Source: an uncultured Verrucomicrobiota bacterium
GTDB taxonomy: Bacteria; Verrucomicrobiota; Verrucomicrobiia; Limisphaerales; CAIMTB01
Direction: 5' to 3'
Length of the DNA stretch: 64,000 nt
Assembly (NCBI GenBank): GCA_964608505.1
Contig: CAZSOV010000004.1
Span: forward strand, 4,098 to 68,097
Numbering within the stretch: position 1 is the stretch's first letter; every line of letters starts with the position of its first letter. Position numbers and translations under genes: made by a program. Below the pieces are notes generated by a model. It worked only from the letters and a program-made list of their open reading frames with translations, searched no databases and was not told the DNA's origin. Shown here in pieces: positions 17,816 through 27,232 of this stretch.

Positions 17816-18196
17816 ATGGAACCACTCCGCGACTTTCCGCTCCAAGTCGCTCTCACCTTTGCCGTCATGGCGGTGGGGATGGGGGTGGGGCCGCTTTTCC
17901 TGGCCTGGCTGTGGGCGAGGTTTTTTTCTCCACGAAAACCGGGGTTCGACAAGAGTGCCAACTATGAGTGCGGTCTCGAGTCGGCAGGCGATCCCGGGGG
18001 CCAGCAACGGGTGGATTATTACCTTTACGCGATTGTATTTCTGGTTTTCGACGTGGAGAGCGTGTTCCTGATCCCGTTTGCCGTCGCCTATTCCGGGCTG
18101 CCCTTGGGCGCGGTCATCGCCATGGGCGTCTTCCTGTTGCTGCTCGCGGAAGGACTCGTCTGGGCCTGGCTGAAGGGAGTTCTCGAATGGCACTAG
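17816..18196 (+). CDS. nuoA: NADH-quinone oxidoreductase subunit A
   Basis: 126 aa, three TM segments, YECGLES and [15 protein letters not shown] motifs. Confidence 0.93.
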   Translation: MEPLRDFPLQVALTFAVMAVGMGVGPLFLAWLWARFFSPRKPGFDKSANYECGLESAGDPGGQQRVDYYLYAIVFLVFDVESVFLIPFAVAYSGLPLGAVIAMGVFLLLLAEGLVWAWLKGVLEWH

Positions 18197-18831
18197 AACC
18201 CACCGCGCCCGGGCCCCAGACACCCGTGGCCCTCCAAGCTCGAGCCACCGTTCCCGGGGCGATGGTGATGCCGCTTCAGGCCATCTACAACTGGGGTCGG
18301 AGCAACTCGGTCTGGCCAATGCAGTTCGGTTTGGCGTGTTGTGCCATCGAGATGATCGCCACCACGATGGCCCGTTACGACATGGCCCGCTTCGGTTCCG
18401 AGGTGTTCCGACCGTCGCCGCGGCAGGCGGACCTCATGATCGTCTCGGGCACCGTGACCAAGAAAATGGCGCCCCAGATCGTGCGGCTTTACAACCAGAT
18501 GGCCGAGCCCAAGTACGTCATTGCCATGGGGGCCTGTGCGATTTCCGGAGGGCCATTCAAACAGGGATACAACGTCCTGAAAGGCATCGATCGGTATATT
18601 CCGGTGGACGTTCACATCCCGGGTTGTCCGCCGCGTCCGGAGGCGTTGATCCATGCGCTGATGACGCTGCAGGAGATCATTGCCAACCAATCCCTGACCG
18701 GGGAAGGGCGCCCACGGCATTTGCGCGCCGAAGCCCCGAGCGAGTTCGCGATTCCCGTGCCCGGACAGGACGATCTGCTGCCCACGAGCAATCGGGAGAT
18801 CTGGCATCCCCCGAAACGCATTCCCGTTTGA
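18187..18831 (+). CDS. nuoB: NADH-quinone oxidoreductase subunit B
   Basis: ATG at 18187 overlaps the nuoA stop. N2-cluster cysteines are present in [19 protein letters not shown] and IPGCPPRPE. Confidence 0.95.
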   Translation: MALEPTAPGPQTPVALQARATVPGAMVMPLQAIYNWGRSNSVWPMQFGLACCAIEMIATTMARYDMARFGSEVFRPSPRQADLMIVSGTVTKKMAPQIVRLYNQMAEPKYVIAMGACAISGGPFKQGYNVLKGIDRYIPVDVHIPGCPPRPEALIHALMTLQEIIANQSLTGEGRPRHLRAEAPSEFAIPVPGQDDLLPTSNREIWHPPKRIPV

Positions 18832-18853
18832 AGGAGAAGAACGCCCCGACACC

Positions 18854-19477
18854 GTGGAAAGCATCGAACAGACGATAGCGCGCCTGCGCGAGGCCTTTCC
18901 AGGCATCGGCCTGGAGTGCGTGCCGAACGGGGCACCCGGAGGTCTTCCCTCCCTGCGGGTGGAGTCCGCCCGGTTGGTGGAGGTGGCCCGATGGTTGCGG
19001 GACGATGAGGTGCTGCGCCTGGACTATTGTTCCAACGTGACCGGCGTGGACTGGCCCGATCGCACCGAGAAGCAGAAGGTGCGCAGGGTTGTCGAGGGGG
19101 TCGAAAAGGAAGCGGAGGAGGTGCGCACGATTCCGGGCTGTCTGGAGGCGATCTACCACTTGTATTCCATGACCCGGAAGCAGGGGCCGTTGGCGCTGCG
19201 GGTACGCACCCTGGATCGCCGGAATCTGGCGAGCGTGGCCTCCTTGACGCCTGTTTGGCGGTCGTGCGAGTTCCAGGAGCGGGAGGTTTTCGATCTTTAC
19301 GGCATAATCTTCGAAGGGCATCCGGACCTGCGCCGGTTGCTGATGTGGGAGGGCTTCCAAGGGCATCCCATGCGCAAGGACTACGTGGAACCGGACGACT
19401 ACGAATACGAGCCGACGCCCCACGATCACGTGTTGGAACGGGCGAAGGCGCGAACCCTGGCCGAGGAGGCAGGATGA
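18854..19477 (+). CDS. nuoC: NADH-quinone oxidoreductase subunit C
   Basis: GTG start. 30-kDa subunit motifs [22 protein letters not shown] and PMRKDY. Confidence 0.92.
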   Translation: MESIEQTIARLREAFPGIGLECVPNGAPGGLPSLRVESARLVEVARWLRDDEVLRLDYCSNVTGVDWPDRTEKQKVRRVVEGVEKEAEEVRTIPGCLEAIYHLYSMTRKQGPLALRVRTLDRRNLASVASLTPVWRSCEFQEREVFDLYGIIFEGHPDLRRLLMWEGFQGHPMRKDYVEPDDYEYEPTPHDHVLERAKARTLAEEAG

Positions 19478-20670
19478 GAGTGGCCGCGGACTTGGACCCG
19501 GGGTTGGGGGCCGGCGGGGAATGGGAATCGCCGAGGTATGCGGTGCGTCAGGAGGATTCCGCGCACGGTCCGGAGTCGTTTCTCGAGATTTCGATGGGGC
19601 CCCAGCACCCTTCGACACACGGTGTCTTTCGGATGGATGTCGTGCTGGATGGGGAGACGGTGGTGAAGCTGAAACCGGTGTTCGGCTACCTGCACCGCAA
19701 TCATGAGAAAATCGCGGAGGGGACGAGTTACCTGGCGTCGATGCCGTACACGGACCGCCTGGATTATTTCTGCTCCCTGAGCAACAACTGGGCTTACGCG
19801 CTGACGGTGGAGAAGCTGGCGGGGTTGGCGGTGCCGGAGCGGGCGGAGTACCTGCGCGTCATCACGGCCGAACTGACGCGACTTCAGAATCACACCTGTC
19901 TGGCCGGGTTCCTGATGCAGGACATGGGGGCGAGCGGAACCCCGTTGATGTATGCCTTCCGCGAGCGGGAACGCATTCTCGATTTGTTCGAGGCGCTGAC
20001 CGGGGCGCGGATGATGTGCAATTACATGCGGTTCGGGGGGTGCCGCTGCGATGTGCCGCCGGGTTGGCTGGCGGCCGCGGCGAAGGTGGTGGACGAGTAT
20101 CCCCGGTTCCTCGACGAGTTCGAGAATCTGCTGACGGGCAACGAGATCGTCATGGCTCGAACGCAAGGGGTCGGGGTGCTCTCGCGGGAGCTGGCGATCA
20201 GCGCGGGGATCACGGGTCCCTGCCTGCGGGCCGCCGGTGTGGATTATGACCTCCGGAAGGTGGACGGATACGGGATCTATCCGCGTTTCGATTTCCGGGT
20301 TCCGCTGGGAGAGCATGGCGATACCTATGATCGGTACATGCTGCGGATTCTCGAGATGCGGGAATCGTTGGGCATCCTGAAGCAGGCCCTGGCCGGGATC
20401 CCGGAGGGACCGATCATCGATCCGAAGGCGAAGCTGCGGGGGTTTCGACCGAAGGCGGGGGAGGCCTACGGGAGGCTGGAGGCGCCGAAGGGCGAACTGG
20501 GGTTTTACCTGATCAGCGACGGGACCGCGAATCCGTATCGGTACCGGGTGCGTGCTCCGAGTTTGATCAATCTGACGGTGCTGGAGGACCTTTGCCTGGG
20601 ACACAACGTCGCGGACACGGTGATCGTGCTGGGGAGCATCGACATCGTGTTGGGCGAAGTGGACCGCTGA
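19474..20670 (+). CDS. nuoD: NADH-quinone oxidoreductase subunit D
   Basis: ATGA overlap with nuo[17 protein letters not shown] and [11 protein letters not shown] are 49-kDa subunit signatures. 398 aa. Confidence 0.95.
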   Translation: MRVAADLDPGLGAGGEWESPRYAVRQEDSAHGPESFLEISMGPQHPSTHGVFRMDVVLDGETVVKLKPVFGYLHRNHEKIAEGTSYLASMPYTDRLDYFCSLSNNWAYALTVEKLAGLAVPERAEYLRVITAELTRLQNHTCLAGFLMQDMGASGTPLMYAFRERERILDLFEALTGARMMCNYMRFGGCRCDVPPGWLAAAAKVVDEYPRFLDEFENLLTGNEIVMARTQGVGVLSRELAISAGITGPCLRAAGVDYDLRKVDGYGIYPRFDFRVPLGEHGDTYDRYMLRILEMRESLGILKQALAGIPEGPIIDPKAKLRGFRPKAGEAYGRLEAPKGELGFYLISDGTANPYRYRVRAPSLINLTVLEDLCLGHNVADTVIVLGSIDIVLGEVDR

Positions 20671-20676
20671 ACTGCC

Positions 20677-21354
20677 ATGCTGGGAATCGGACTGCTCAAG
20701 GGACTGGCGGAGACCGGGCGCAACTTCGTGGGCTCGTACTTCGATGCGAACCGGCTGACCACGGTGCAGTATCCGGAGCAGCGGGAGCCCGCAAAGGAGA
20801 ACACGCGGCAGTTTCCGTTTCTGGTTTTCGACGGGACCGATCCGGAGACGGGATTGCGGTGCGTGGCCTGCCAGATCTGCGAGAAGGAATGCCCGCCGCA
20901 GTGCATCTACATCGAGAAGAGCAAGGAGAAGAAGCCGGACCATCTGGGGAAGCCTCAGTTCTTCCCGGCGACGTTCAACATCGACATCTCGGTCTGCATG
21001 AGTTGCCAGATTTGCGCGGAGGTATGCCCCTTCGACGCGATCAAGATGGATCAGGAGTTCGAACTCAGCACCGCGGATCGCTTCGGCGGCCTGTTGCTCA
21101 CCAAGCAACGCCTGTGGAAGTCGAACGGGCATTTCCGGCAGCTTCACCCGACGGACGCGTCGGAGATCGATGCCCGGCGGGAGGAGGAACGGGTCAAGGC
21201 CGAGGCCAAGGCGCAGGCAGAGAAGGAGGCCAAGGCCAAGGCTGCCGTGGCCGTTGCGGGAAATCCGCCGGCAACCCCCGCCCCGGCGAGGGGCCCCGCG
21301 GCCGCGGCGGCTCCGGCCAAGGCGGCGGTACGTACGGAAGGGGCCGAGGGATGA
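20677..21354 (+). CDS. nuoI: NADH-quinone oxidoreductase subunit I with a ~63-aa Ala/Lys/Glu/Pro-rich C-terminal tail
   Basis: Two 4Fe-4S motifs, CVACQICEKECP and CMSCQICAEVCP. Starts 6 nt after the nuoD stop. 225 aa. Confidence 0.93.
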   Translation: MLGIGLLKGLAETGRNFVGSYFDANRLTTVQYPEQREPAKENTRQFPFLVFDGTDPETGLRCVACQICEKECPPQCIYIEKSKEKKPDHLGKPQFFPATFNIDISVCMSCQICAEVCPFDAIKMDQEFELSTADRFGGLLLTKQRLWKSNGHFRQLHPTDASEIDARREEERVKAEAKAQAEKEAKAKAAVAVAGNPPATPAPARGPAAAAAPAKAAVRTEGAEG

Positions 21355-21532
21355 GCGGGGTGGCAGGCGGGGAAGATCACGGTGCGGCACCTGGCGGACG
21401 TCGACGACTCCCGCCCGGGGCGGGGCCGGGGTGTCATTTCGGTCGCAGCGGGCGGAATACCCCGAGAATGTGCTTCCCGCAGGGGCCGGGACCCATTGAA
21501 ATCGCCGCTCCGTTGCGGGGCTGACCGCGTGC

Positions 21533-22714
21533 ATGGCTGAAACCGTCGACCAAATCTTCGTGAACTTGTTGCGCTGGGGGGTGGGATTCCTCCCCGGACC
21601 GGTGCAGGCGCCGGCGGCCTTGGTGGCGTGTCTTGGCGCGATCCTTGCGACGTTTGGGGCCTTGTTCGGCCTGACCACGGTCGTCGAACGCAAGGCGATT
21701 GCCCGGATGCAGAATCGGCTGGGACCCAACCGCGTCGGGCCGTTCGGGTTCCTTCAGTTCGCGGCGGACGGGATCAAATCGTTGACGAAGGAGGACGTGG
21801 TGCCGCGGAACGCGGACCGGGTGGTGCATTTCCTGGCGCCGCTGGCGTTGTTGGTTCCCGTGGTGCTGACGTACCTGGTGCTCCCGTTCGGTCGGAACAT
21901 GGTGGTGCTGAATCTGGATGCGGGATTGTTGTTCTTCTTCGCGGCCGGGGCCTCGACGGAACTCGCGGTGTTCATGGCGGGGTGGGCGAGCCGCAACAAG
22001 TACTCGCTGCTGGGGGCGACGCGGGCCATCGCGCAGATGCTCAGTTACGAGCTGCCGTTCATCCTCTCGACCATCGGGGTGATCATGGTGACCGGGTCCT
22101 TGTCGACCGTGCGGATCGTGGAGGCGCAGTCCGCGGGAGTCGGGGAGTGGTTGGCACGGTGGAACGTGTTTACGCCGTGGGGTCTGATGGCGTTCCTGCT
22201 GTTCCTGATCGCCGCCTTCGCCGAATCGAACCGGTCGCCGTTCGATTTGCCGGAGGGGGAGTCCGAAATCGTCGCGGGGTATTTCATCGAGTATTCGGGC
22301 TTCAAGTTCGCGCTCTTCTTCATGGCCGAGTATCTGGGCATGTTCTCGAGCAGCGCGATGGCGGTGACGCTGTTTCTCGGCGGGTGGACAGCGCCGGTGA
22401 GTTTTCTGGGCTGGGTGCCGTCGTGGCTTTGGTTCTTCGGCAAACTGCTGGCGTTGATGGCCCTGTTCATCTGGGTGCGCGGAACAACTCCGCGCCTGCG
22501 GATGGACCAGCTGATGGATTTCGCGTGGAAATTCATGCTCCCCTTGTCGCTGCTGATCCTGCCGGTGGTGGTGATCTGGGGGCGCGTCGGGGGTGGCCTT
22601 CTGGGCTGGATCCTCGGGGGGCCGATCCTCGTGCTGGCCTACGTGCTGCTGGGACGCTCGCTCAAGGGGCGGCGCCAGATGCGTCCGCGGGTGTACCGCT
22701 ATGCGACGGGCTAA
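21533..22714 (+). CDS. nuoH: NADH-quinone oxidoreductase subunit H
   Basis: VERKAIARMQNRLGPNRVGPFGFLQFAADGIKSLTKED, plus ESNRSPFDLPEGESEIVAGYFIEYSG. Confidence 0.95.
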   Translation: MAETVDQIFVNLLRWGVGFLPGPVQAPAALVACLGAILATFGALFGLTTVVERKAIARMQNRLGPNRVGPFGFLQFAADGIKSLTKEDVVPRNADRVVHFLAPLALLVPVVLTYLVLPFGRNMVVLNLDAGLLFFFAAGASTELAVFMAGWASRNKYSLLGATRAIAQMLSYELPFILSTIGVIMVTGSLSTVRIVEAQSAGVGEWLARWNVFTPWGLMAFLLFLIAAFAESNRSPFDLPEGESEIVAGYFIEYSGFKFALFFMAEYLGMFSSSAMAVTLFLGGWTAPVSFLGWVPSWLWFFGKLLALMALFIWVRGTTPRLRMDQLMDFAWKFMLPLSLLILPVVVIWGRVGGGLLGWILGGPILVLAYVLLGRSLKGRRQMRPRVYRYATG

Positions 22715-22729
22715 AGCGAAAGGCAACGC

Positions 22730-23260
22730 GTGAACCCGTTTTTCTATCTGCTCGCGATTCTGACCCTGGGGGGCGCCGTGGCGGCGATGACGCTGCGGAA
22801 CGCGGTGCATAGCGCATTGTCCCTCGTGGTGACGTTCGTCGGGCTCGCGGGCGTGTACCTGGCCCTGGGCGCGCAGTTCCTCGGCTTGGTCCAGGTGATG
22901 GTCTATGTCGGGGCCGTGGCCATCCTGCTGGTCTTCGTGCTGCTCCTGACGCGGAGCGGCGATGGCGAACCCCGGGAAGGCGGACGGGAAGGATGGACAT
23001 GGGGGCTGACGACGGCGGGCGGGGTGGTGTTCCTGCTTTTGGGAGCCCTGCTGACCGGGCCGGGGCTGGGTAAACGCGAGGAACCGCCCGCACCGCCGGC
23101 CGTGAAGGAACTGGGGGAGGCCTTGATGACGGACTACGTCCTGCCGTTGCAGGTGGTGGGCGTGCTGCTGACGGTGGCCATGATCGGTGCGGCCGTGCTG
23201 GCGCTGCCCCGGGATTCGTCGGGTGCCGAAGGGGCGGGAGAAGGAGGGGGCCGACGATGA
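22730..23260 (+). CDS. nuoJ: NADH-quinone oxidoreductase subunit J
   Basis: GTG start, 176 aa. FLGLVQVMVYVGAVAILLVFVLLL is typical NuoJ TM3. Confidence 0.9.
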   Translation: MNPFFYLLAILTLGGAVAAMTLRNAVHSALSLVVTFVGLAGVYLALGAQFLGLVQVMVYVGAVAILLVFVLLLTRSGDGEPREGGREGWTWGLTTAGGVVFLLLGALLTGPGLGKREEPPAPPAVKELGEALMTDYVLPLQVVGVLLTVAMIGAAVLALPRDSSGAEGAGEGGGRR

Positions 23261-23568
23261 ACCCGCTGGTGGCGCATCTCATGCTGGCGGTGTTGCTCTT
23301 CGGAACCGGTCTCGCCGGGGCGCTTTCCCGACGCAACGCGATTCTGACGCTGATCGGCATCGAGCTGATGCTCAACGCGGGGAACCTGAGCTTCCTGAGT
23401 TTCTGGAGGTACGGCCCGAAGCCGGACGTGAACACGGGTTTGATGTTCGCCCTCTTCTCGATTGCGATCGCGGCGGCCGAGGCGGCGGTGGGACTGGCGT
23501 TGATCATCGCGCTGTACCGCCATCGGCGAACCACCTCGCTGCGGGCGGCGGAAGTCCTGAAGGGCTGA
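23257..23568 (+). CDS. nuoK: NADH-quinone oxidoreductase subunit K
   Basis: ATGA overlap with nuoJ, 103 aa, GIELMLNAGNL motif. Confidence 0.93.
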   Translation: MNPLVAHLMLAVLLFGTGLAGALSRRNAILTLIGIELMLNAGNLSFLSFWRYGPKPDVNTGLMFALFSIAIAAAEAAVGLALIIALYRHRRTTSLRAAEVLKG

Positions 23569-23573
23569 ATCCC

Positions 23574-25676
23574 ATGGCTACCCTGGCGCGCATGCTGTGG
23601 TTGATTCCGCTGTTTCCGCTGGCGGCGGCAGGGGTGATCGCGTTGCTGCCGAGGTCGGCGAAGCGGGCGGCCATGGGGCTCGGGATCGGGGCCATGGGGC
23701 TGGCGCTCGCGGGATCGGTGGCGGCCCTGGCGGCGACGGTGCTGGCGTCCGGGACGGGGGTGGCGCGGGTGGCCCTGAACTTCGACTGGTTCCGCCTCGG
23801 TACGGGCGCGGTGCGGTTGGGCGTGGTGCTGGACCCGATGTCGTCCGCCATGCTCCTGATGGTGAGTTTCGTGGGGTTGCTGATTTTCGTTTTCAGCACG
23901 GGCTACATGGCATCGGACGAGAACGTGACCCGGTTCTTCTGTTTCCTGTCGTTGTTCGCGGCGGCGATGCTGGGATTGGTGATGTCGAACAGCCTGCTGC
24001 TGTTTTTCGGCTGCTGGGAGGTGATGGGGCTGGCGTCGTACCTGCTCATCGGATTCTGGTTTCACAAGCCCTCGGCCGCGGCGGCCGCGAAGAAGGCGTT
24101 CGTGGTGACGCGGATCGGGGACGTGGGCCTCTTCCTGGGGCTCGTGTGGCTCTACGGGGAGACGGGCACTTCGCTGTTCTACGCCGAGGGGGCCGGCTGC
24201 CTGGAGCAGGCCGCCTTGGCCCGGCTGACCTCGACCGTCGTGACGGGCACGCTGACGGCGGCGACGGCAATCGGGTTGCTGTTGTTCGTCGGGGCGGTCG
24301 GCAAGTCCGGGCAATTGCCGCTGCATGTGTGGCTCCCGGACGCGATGGAGGGGCCCACCCCGGTCAGCGCGCTGATCCACGCGGCCACCATGGTGGCCGC
24401 AGGCGTGTTTCTGGTGGCCCGCGTGTTTCCGATCATGGCCGGTGGTCTCGACGTGCCGGTGGCGGCGGGCGGGAGCATGGCCTTGAACGTGGTGACCGTG
24501 GTCGGATCGTTGACGGCGGTCTTCGCGGCGCTCATCGCGGTGGCGCAGACGGACATCAAGCGGATCCTGGCGTATTCGACGGTCTCGCAGCTGGGGTACA
24601 TGTTCCTCGGGTTGGGAACGGGCGGGGTCGCGGTGGGAATGTTCCACCTCATTACGCACGCGTTCTTCAAGGCGCTTCTGTTCCTGGGATCGGGCTCGGT
24701 GATCCATGGGTGCCATCACGAGCAGGACATCCGGCGAATGGGCGGTCTGCGGAAGCGGATGCCCGTGACCTTCGCCACGTACGCCATCGGCATGATGGCC
24801 CTGTCCGGGGTTCCGTTGGTGTTTTCCGGATTCTGGAGCAAGGACGAGATCCTGCACACGGCCTGGCTGTGGCAGCCGAGTCGATGGCCCTTCGCGCTGG
24901 GTTTGGGTGGGGCCTTTCTGACGGCGTTCTACATGACGCGCCAGATGTTCGAGGTCTTCGCCGGTGCGTATCGAGGCGACGACGGGGCGGCGGACGGGCA
25001 CGGAGCCGACCACGGGCATGGGCACGGACACGAGGGTGGGCCTGGCGTACAGGAGAGTCCGCGGGTGATGACGGTTCCCTTGACCTTGCTGGCCGTGGCC
25101 GCCGTGAGTCTGGGAGTGATCGGGACGCCTGCCTGGCCGTGGTTCGAGGGTTTTCTGAACGGACACGCGGCCCACTGGGACACGGGGCGGTTGGTGCACG
25201 CCCTGCCGCTGATGGGTCTGTCGACCGTGGTGGTCGGCCTGGGTATCGGCGCGGGTTGGAGGTTGTACGGGCGCCGGACGCGGGAGAGCGCCGGCGCGCC
25301 GGACGTGCTCGAGGCGCGGATCCCGGCGGTGTACCGGTTGCTGGGGCGCCGGCTGCTGGTGGATGAACTCTACGAGTATACCGTGGTGATGGGCCACCGC
25401 TGGGGTTCGGCGCTGATGCGTTGGATCGACGAGTGGATCATCGCCGGTTTGGTGCTGGCGGTGGGCGGCATCGCCAACGGCCTGGCATGGGTCTCGCGCT
25501 GGGTGGACGAGTTCTTCGTCAATGCCGGCTTCGACGCCGGATGCGAGACGGCGCGGTGGCTGGGGCGCGGATTCTCGCGTGTCCAGAACGGCAACGTGCA
25601 GCGGTACTTGGGCTGGATGGGGCTGGGCGCGGTCGTGCTCGGCGGGGTCCTGATCTGGGGGATTCGTCCAGGATGA
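23574..25676 (+). CDS. nuoL: NADH-quinone oxidoreductase subunit L, elongated (700 aa)
   Basis: ATG at 23574. TM5 Glu in FGCWEVMGLASYLLIGFW. TM7 Lys in GAVGKSGQLPLHVWLPDAMEGPTP. TM12 Lys in GFWSKDEIL. Long C-terminal amphipathic region ending in a TM anchor. Confidence 0.93.
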   Translation: MATLARMLWLIPLFPLAAAGVIALLPRSAKRAAMGLGIGAMGLALAGSVAALAATVLASGTGVARVALNFDWFRLGTGAVRLGVVLDPMSSAMLLMVSFVGLLIFVFSTGYMASDENVTRFFCFLSLFAAAMLGLVMSNSLLLFFGCWEVMGLASYLLIGFWFHKPSAAAAAKKAFVVTRIGDVGLFLGLVWLYGETGTSLFYAEGAGCLEQAALARLTSTVVTGTLTAATAIGLLLFVGAVGKSGQLPLHVWLPDAMEGPTPVSALIHAATMVAAGVFLVARVFPIMAGGLDVPVAAGGSMALNVVTVVGSLTAVFAALIAVAQTDIKRILAYSTVSQLGYMFLGLGTGGVAVGMFHLITHAFFKALLFLGSGSVIHGCHHEQDIRRMGGLRKRMPVTFATYAIGMMALSGVPLVFSGFWSKDEILHTAWLWQPSRWPFALGLGGAFLTAFYMTRQMFEVFAGAYRGDDGAADGHGADHGHGHGHEGGPGVQESPRVMTVPLTLLAVAAVSLGVIGTPAWPWFEGFLNGHAAHWDTGRLVHALPLMGLSTVVVGLGIGAGWRLYGRRTRESAGAPDVLEARIPAVYRLLGRRLLVDELYEYTVVMGHRWGSALMRWIDEWIIAGLVLAVGGIANGLAWVSRWVDEFFVNAGFDAGCETARWLGRGFSRVQNGNVQRYLGWMGLGAVVLGGVLIWGIRPG

Positions 25677-27229
25677 ACACGCCCTGGCTGACCCTCCTGA
25701 CCGCCGCACCCCTGCTGGGCGGCCTGCTCGTCGCGTGGCTGCCGCGGTCGTGGGCGGGGCGCGCCCGGCCTTTGTGTCTGGCTTGGCAGGGGGCGGTGGC
25801 GGTGCTGGCGCTGTGGATCGCGGGTGGGTTCGACGGCGCCACGGGACAGCTGCAATTCGTGGAACGCCGGTCGTGGGTACCGGCGCTGGGAGCGGAGTAT
25901 TTCCTGGGATTGGACGGGCTGGGGTTGGTTTCGGTGCTGCTGACGGCACTGGTGCCCTGGTGGAGCACGTGGGTTTCGGAGCGGGTCGCGGCGGGGCGGG
26001 AGCGGTTGTATCACGCGTTGGTTCTGTTTCTGCAGGCCGGCCTGTTCGGGACCTTCACGGCCCTCAATTTCTTCCATTGGTTCCTGTTCTGGGAGCTGGG
26101 TCTGGTGCCGGCGTATCTGCTGGTGCGGTTTTTCGGCGGCGCCGGGGCAGGGGCGGCTTCGTTCCGGTTCTTCGTGTACACCATGGTCGGCAGCGTGGCG
26201 CTGCTGCTCGGGTTCCTGGCGCTGCGGGCCGTGGGTGGCAGTTTCGATTTTGTGCAACTGACGGAGTTCGGCCAGTCGGGGCGTCTGGCGTCGGCGTTGG
26301 GGGAGAAGCTGCCGTGGGCGGGGGTATTCGCGTCGGGAGAAGCCCTGGCCGTGGCGGTGTTTCTGGGCGTGTTGCTGGGCTTCGCGGTGAAGATGCCGTT
26401 GTGGCCGTTCCACACGTGGTTGCCCGAGACCTACGCGGCGGCGCCGTCGCCGGTCACGATGATGCTGACCGGGGTGATGTCGAAGATGGGGGTCTACGGG
26501 ATGTTGCGGATCGCGTTGCCGATCTTCCCGGACCAGTTCCGGGCGTGCCAGGGGGTGCTGGTGGCGCTGGCGCTCGCAACGGTGGTGCTGCCGACGTTGT
26601 CGGCCTTCGCGCAGACCGACGTGAAACGGGTGCTGGCGTATTCGTCGATCAACCACCTGGGCTACTGCGCGCTGGCCTTGTTCGTCCTGGCTCCGGGGGC
26701 GACGGGAGCCGCCTGGGTGGAGGGGGTCGGGGTGCCGGCCCTGAACGGGGTGATGCTGCAGATGCTGAACCACGGCATCACGGCGGCGGCGTTGTTCGCG
26801 GCGATCGAGATGCTGGAGCGACGGGGCGCCGCGGTGCGGACGCTCGGACAGGTCGGCGGGTTGCGGCGGGTGGCCCCGGTGCTCTGCGGGTTGATGGGGA
26901 TCAGCGTCTTCTCCTCGATCGGGTTGCCGGGGCTCAACGGGTTCGTGGGCGAGTTCCTGATCTTCCGGGGCGTGTTCGCGGCCCAGCCCTGGGTGGCCGC
27001 GCTGGCCTCGGTGGGACTGCTGACGACGGCCATCTTCCTGTTGACCCTGATGCAGAAGGTTTTTCACGGGCCGCCGGAACTGCCGGAGGGTGGTTTCGCC
27101 GATCTTGGCACGCGCGAGCGATGGCAGTTGGCCGTGCCGGTGGCGGTGATGTTGGTGCTGGGCGTGTACCCGGATTTGATCCTGCGGCTGACGAACGGAA
27201 CGGCGTTGAAACTGGCGGGAGGACACTGA
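25673..27229 (+). CDS. nuoM: NADH-quinone oxidoreductase subunit M (copy 1)
   Basis: ATGA overlap with nuoL. FWELGLVPAYLL (TM5 Glu), GFAVKMPLWPFHTWLPE (TM7 Lys) and GFVGEFLIF (M-type TM12 Glu). 518 aa. Confidence 0.92.
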   Translation: MNTPWLTLLTAAPLLGGLLVAWLPRSWAGRARPLCLAWQGAVAVLALWIAGGFDGATGQLQFVERRSWVPALGAEYFLGLDGLGLVSVLLTALVPWWSTWVSERVAAGRERLYHALVLFLQAGLFGTFTALNFFHWFLFWELGLVPAYLLVRFFGGAGAGAASFRFFVYTMVGSVALLLGFLALRAVGGSFDFVQLTEFGQSGRLASALGEKLPWAGVFASGEALAVAVFLGVLLGFAVKMPLWPFHTWLPETYAAAPSPVTMMLTGVMSKMGVYGMLRIALPIFPDQFRACQGVLVALALATVVLPTLSAFAQTDVKRVLAYSSINHLGYCALALFVLAPGATGAAWVEGVGVPALNGVMLQMLNHGITAAALFAAIEMLERRGAAVRTLGQVGGLRRVAPVLCGLMGISVFSSIGLPGLNGFVGEFLIFRGVFAAQPWVAALASVGLLTTAIFLLTLMQKVFHGPPELPEGGFADLGTRERWQLAVPVAVMLVLGVYPDLILRLTNGTALKLAGGH

Positions 27230-27232
27230 TCC

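Noticed and set aside
20671-20676. Looked for nuoE/nuoF/nuoG between nuoD and the membrane-arm genes, and in the 178-nt nuoI-nuoH gap (21355-21532)
   Set aside because: The D-I junction is 6 nt. The ORFs in the I-H gap (for example 21170..21499) are Arg/Pro/Gly-rich and lack the Cys motifs of NuoE/F/G. The N-module genes are genuinely absent from this locus.
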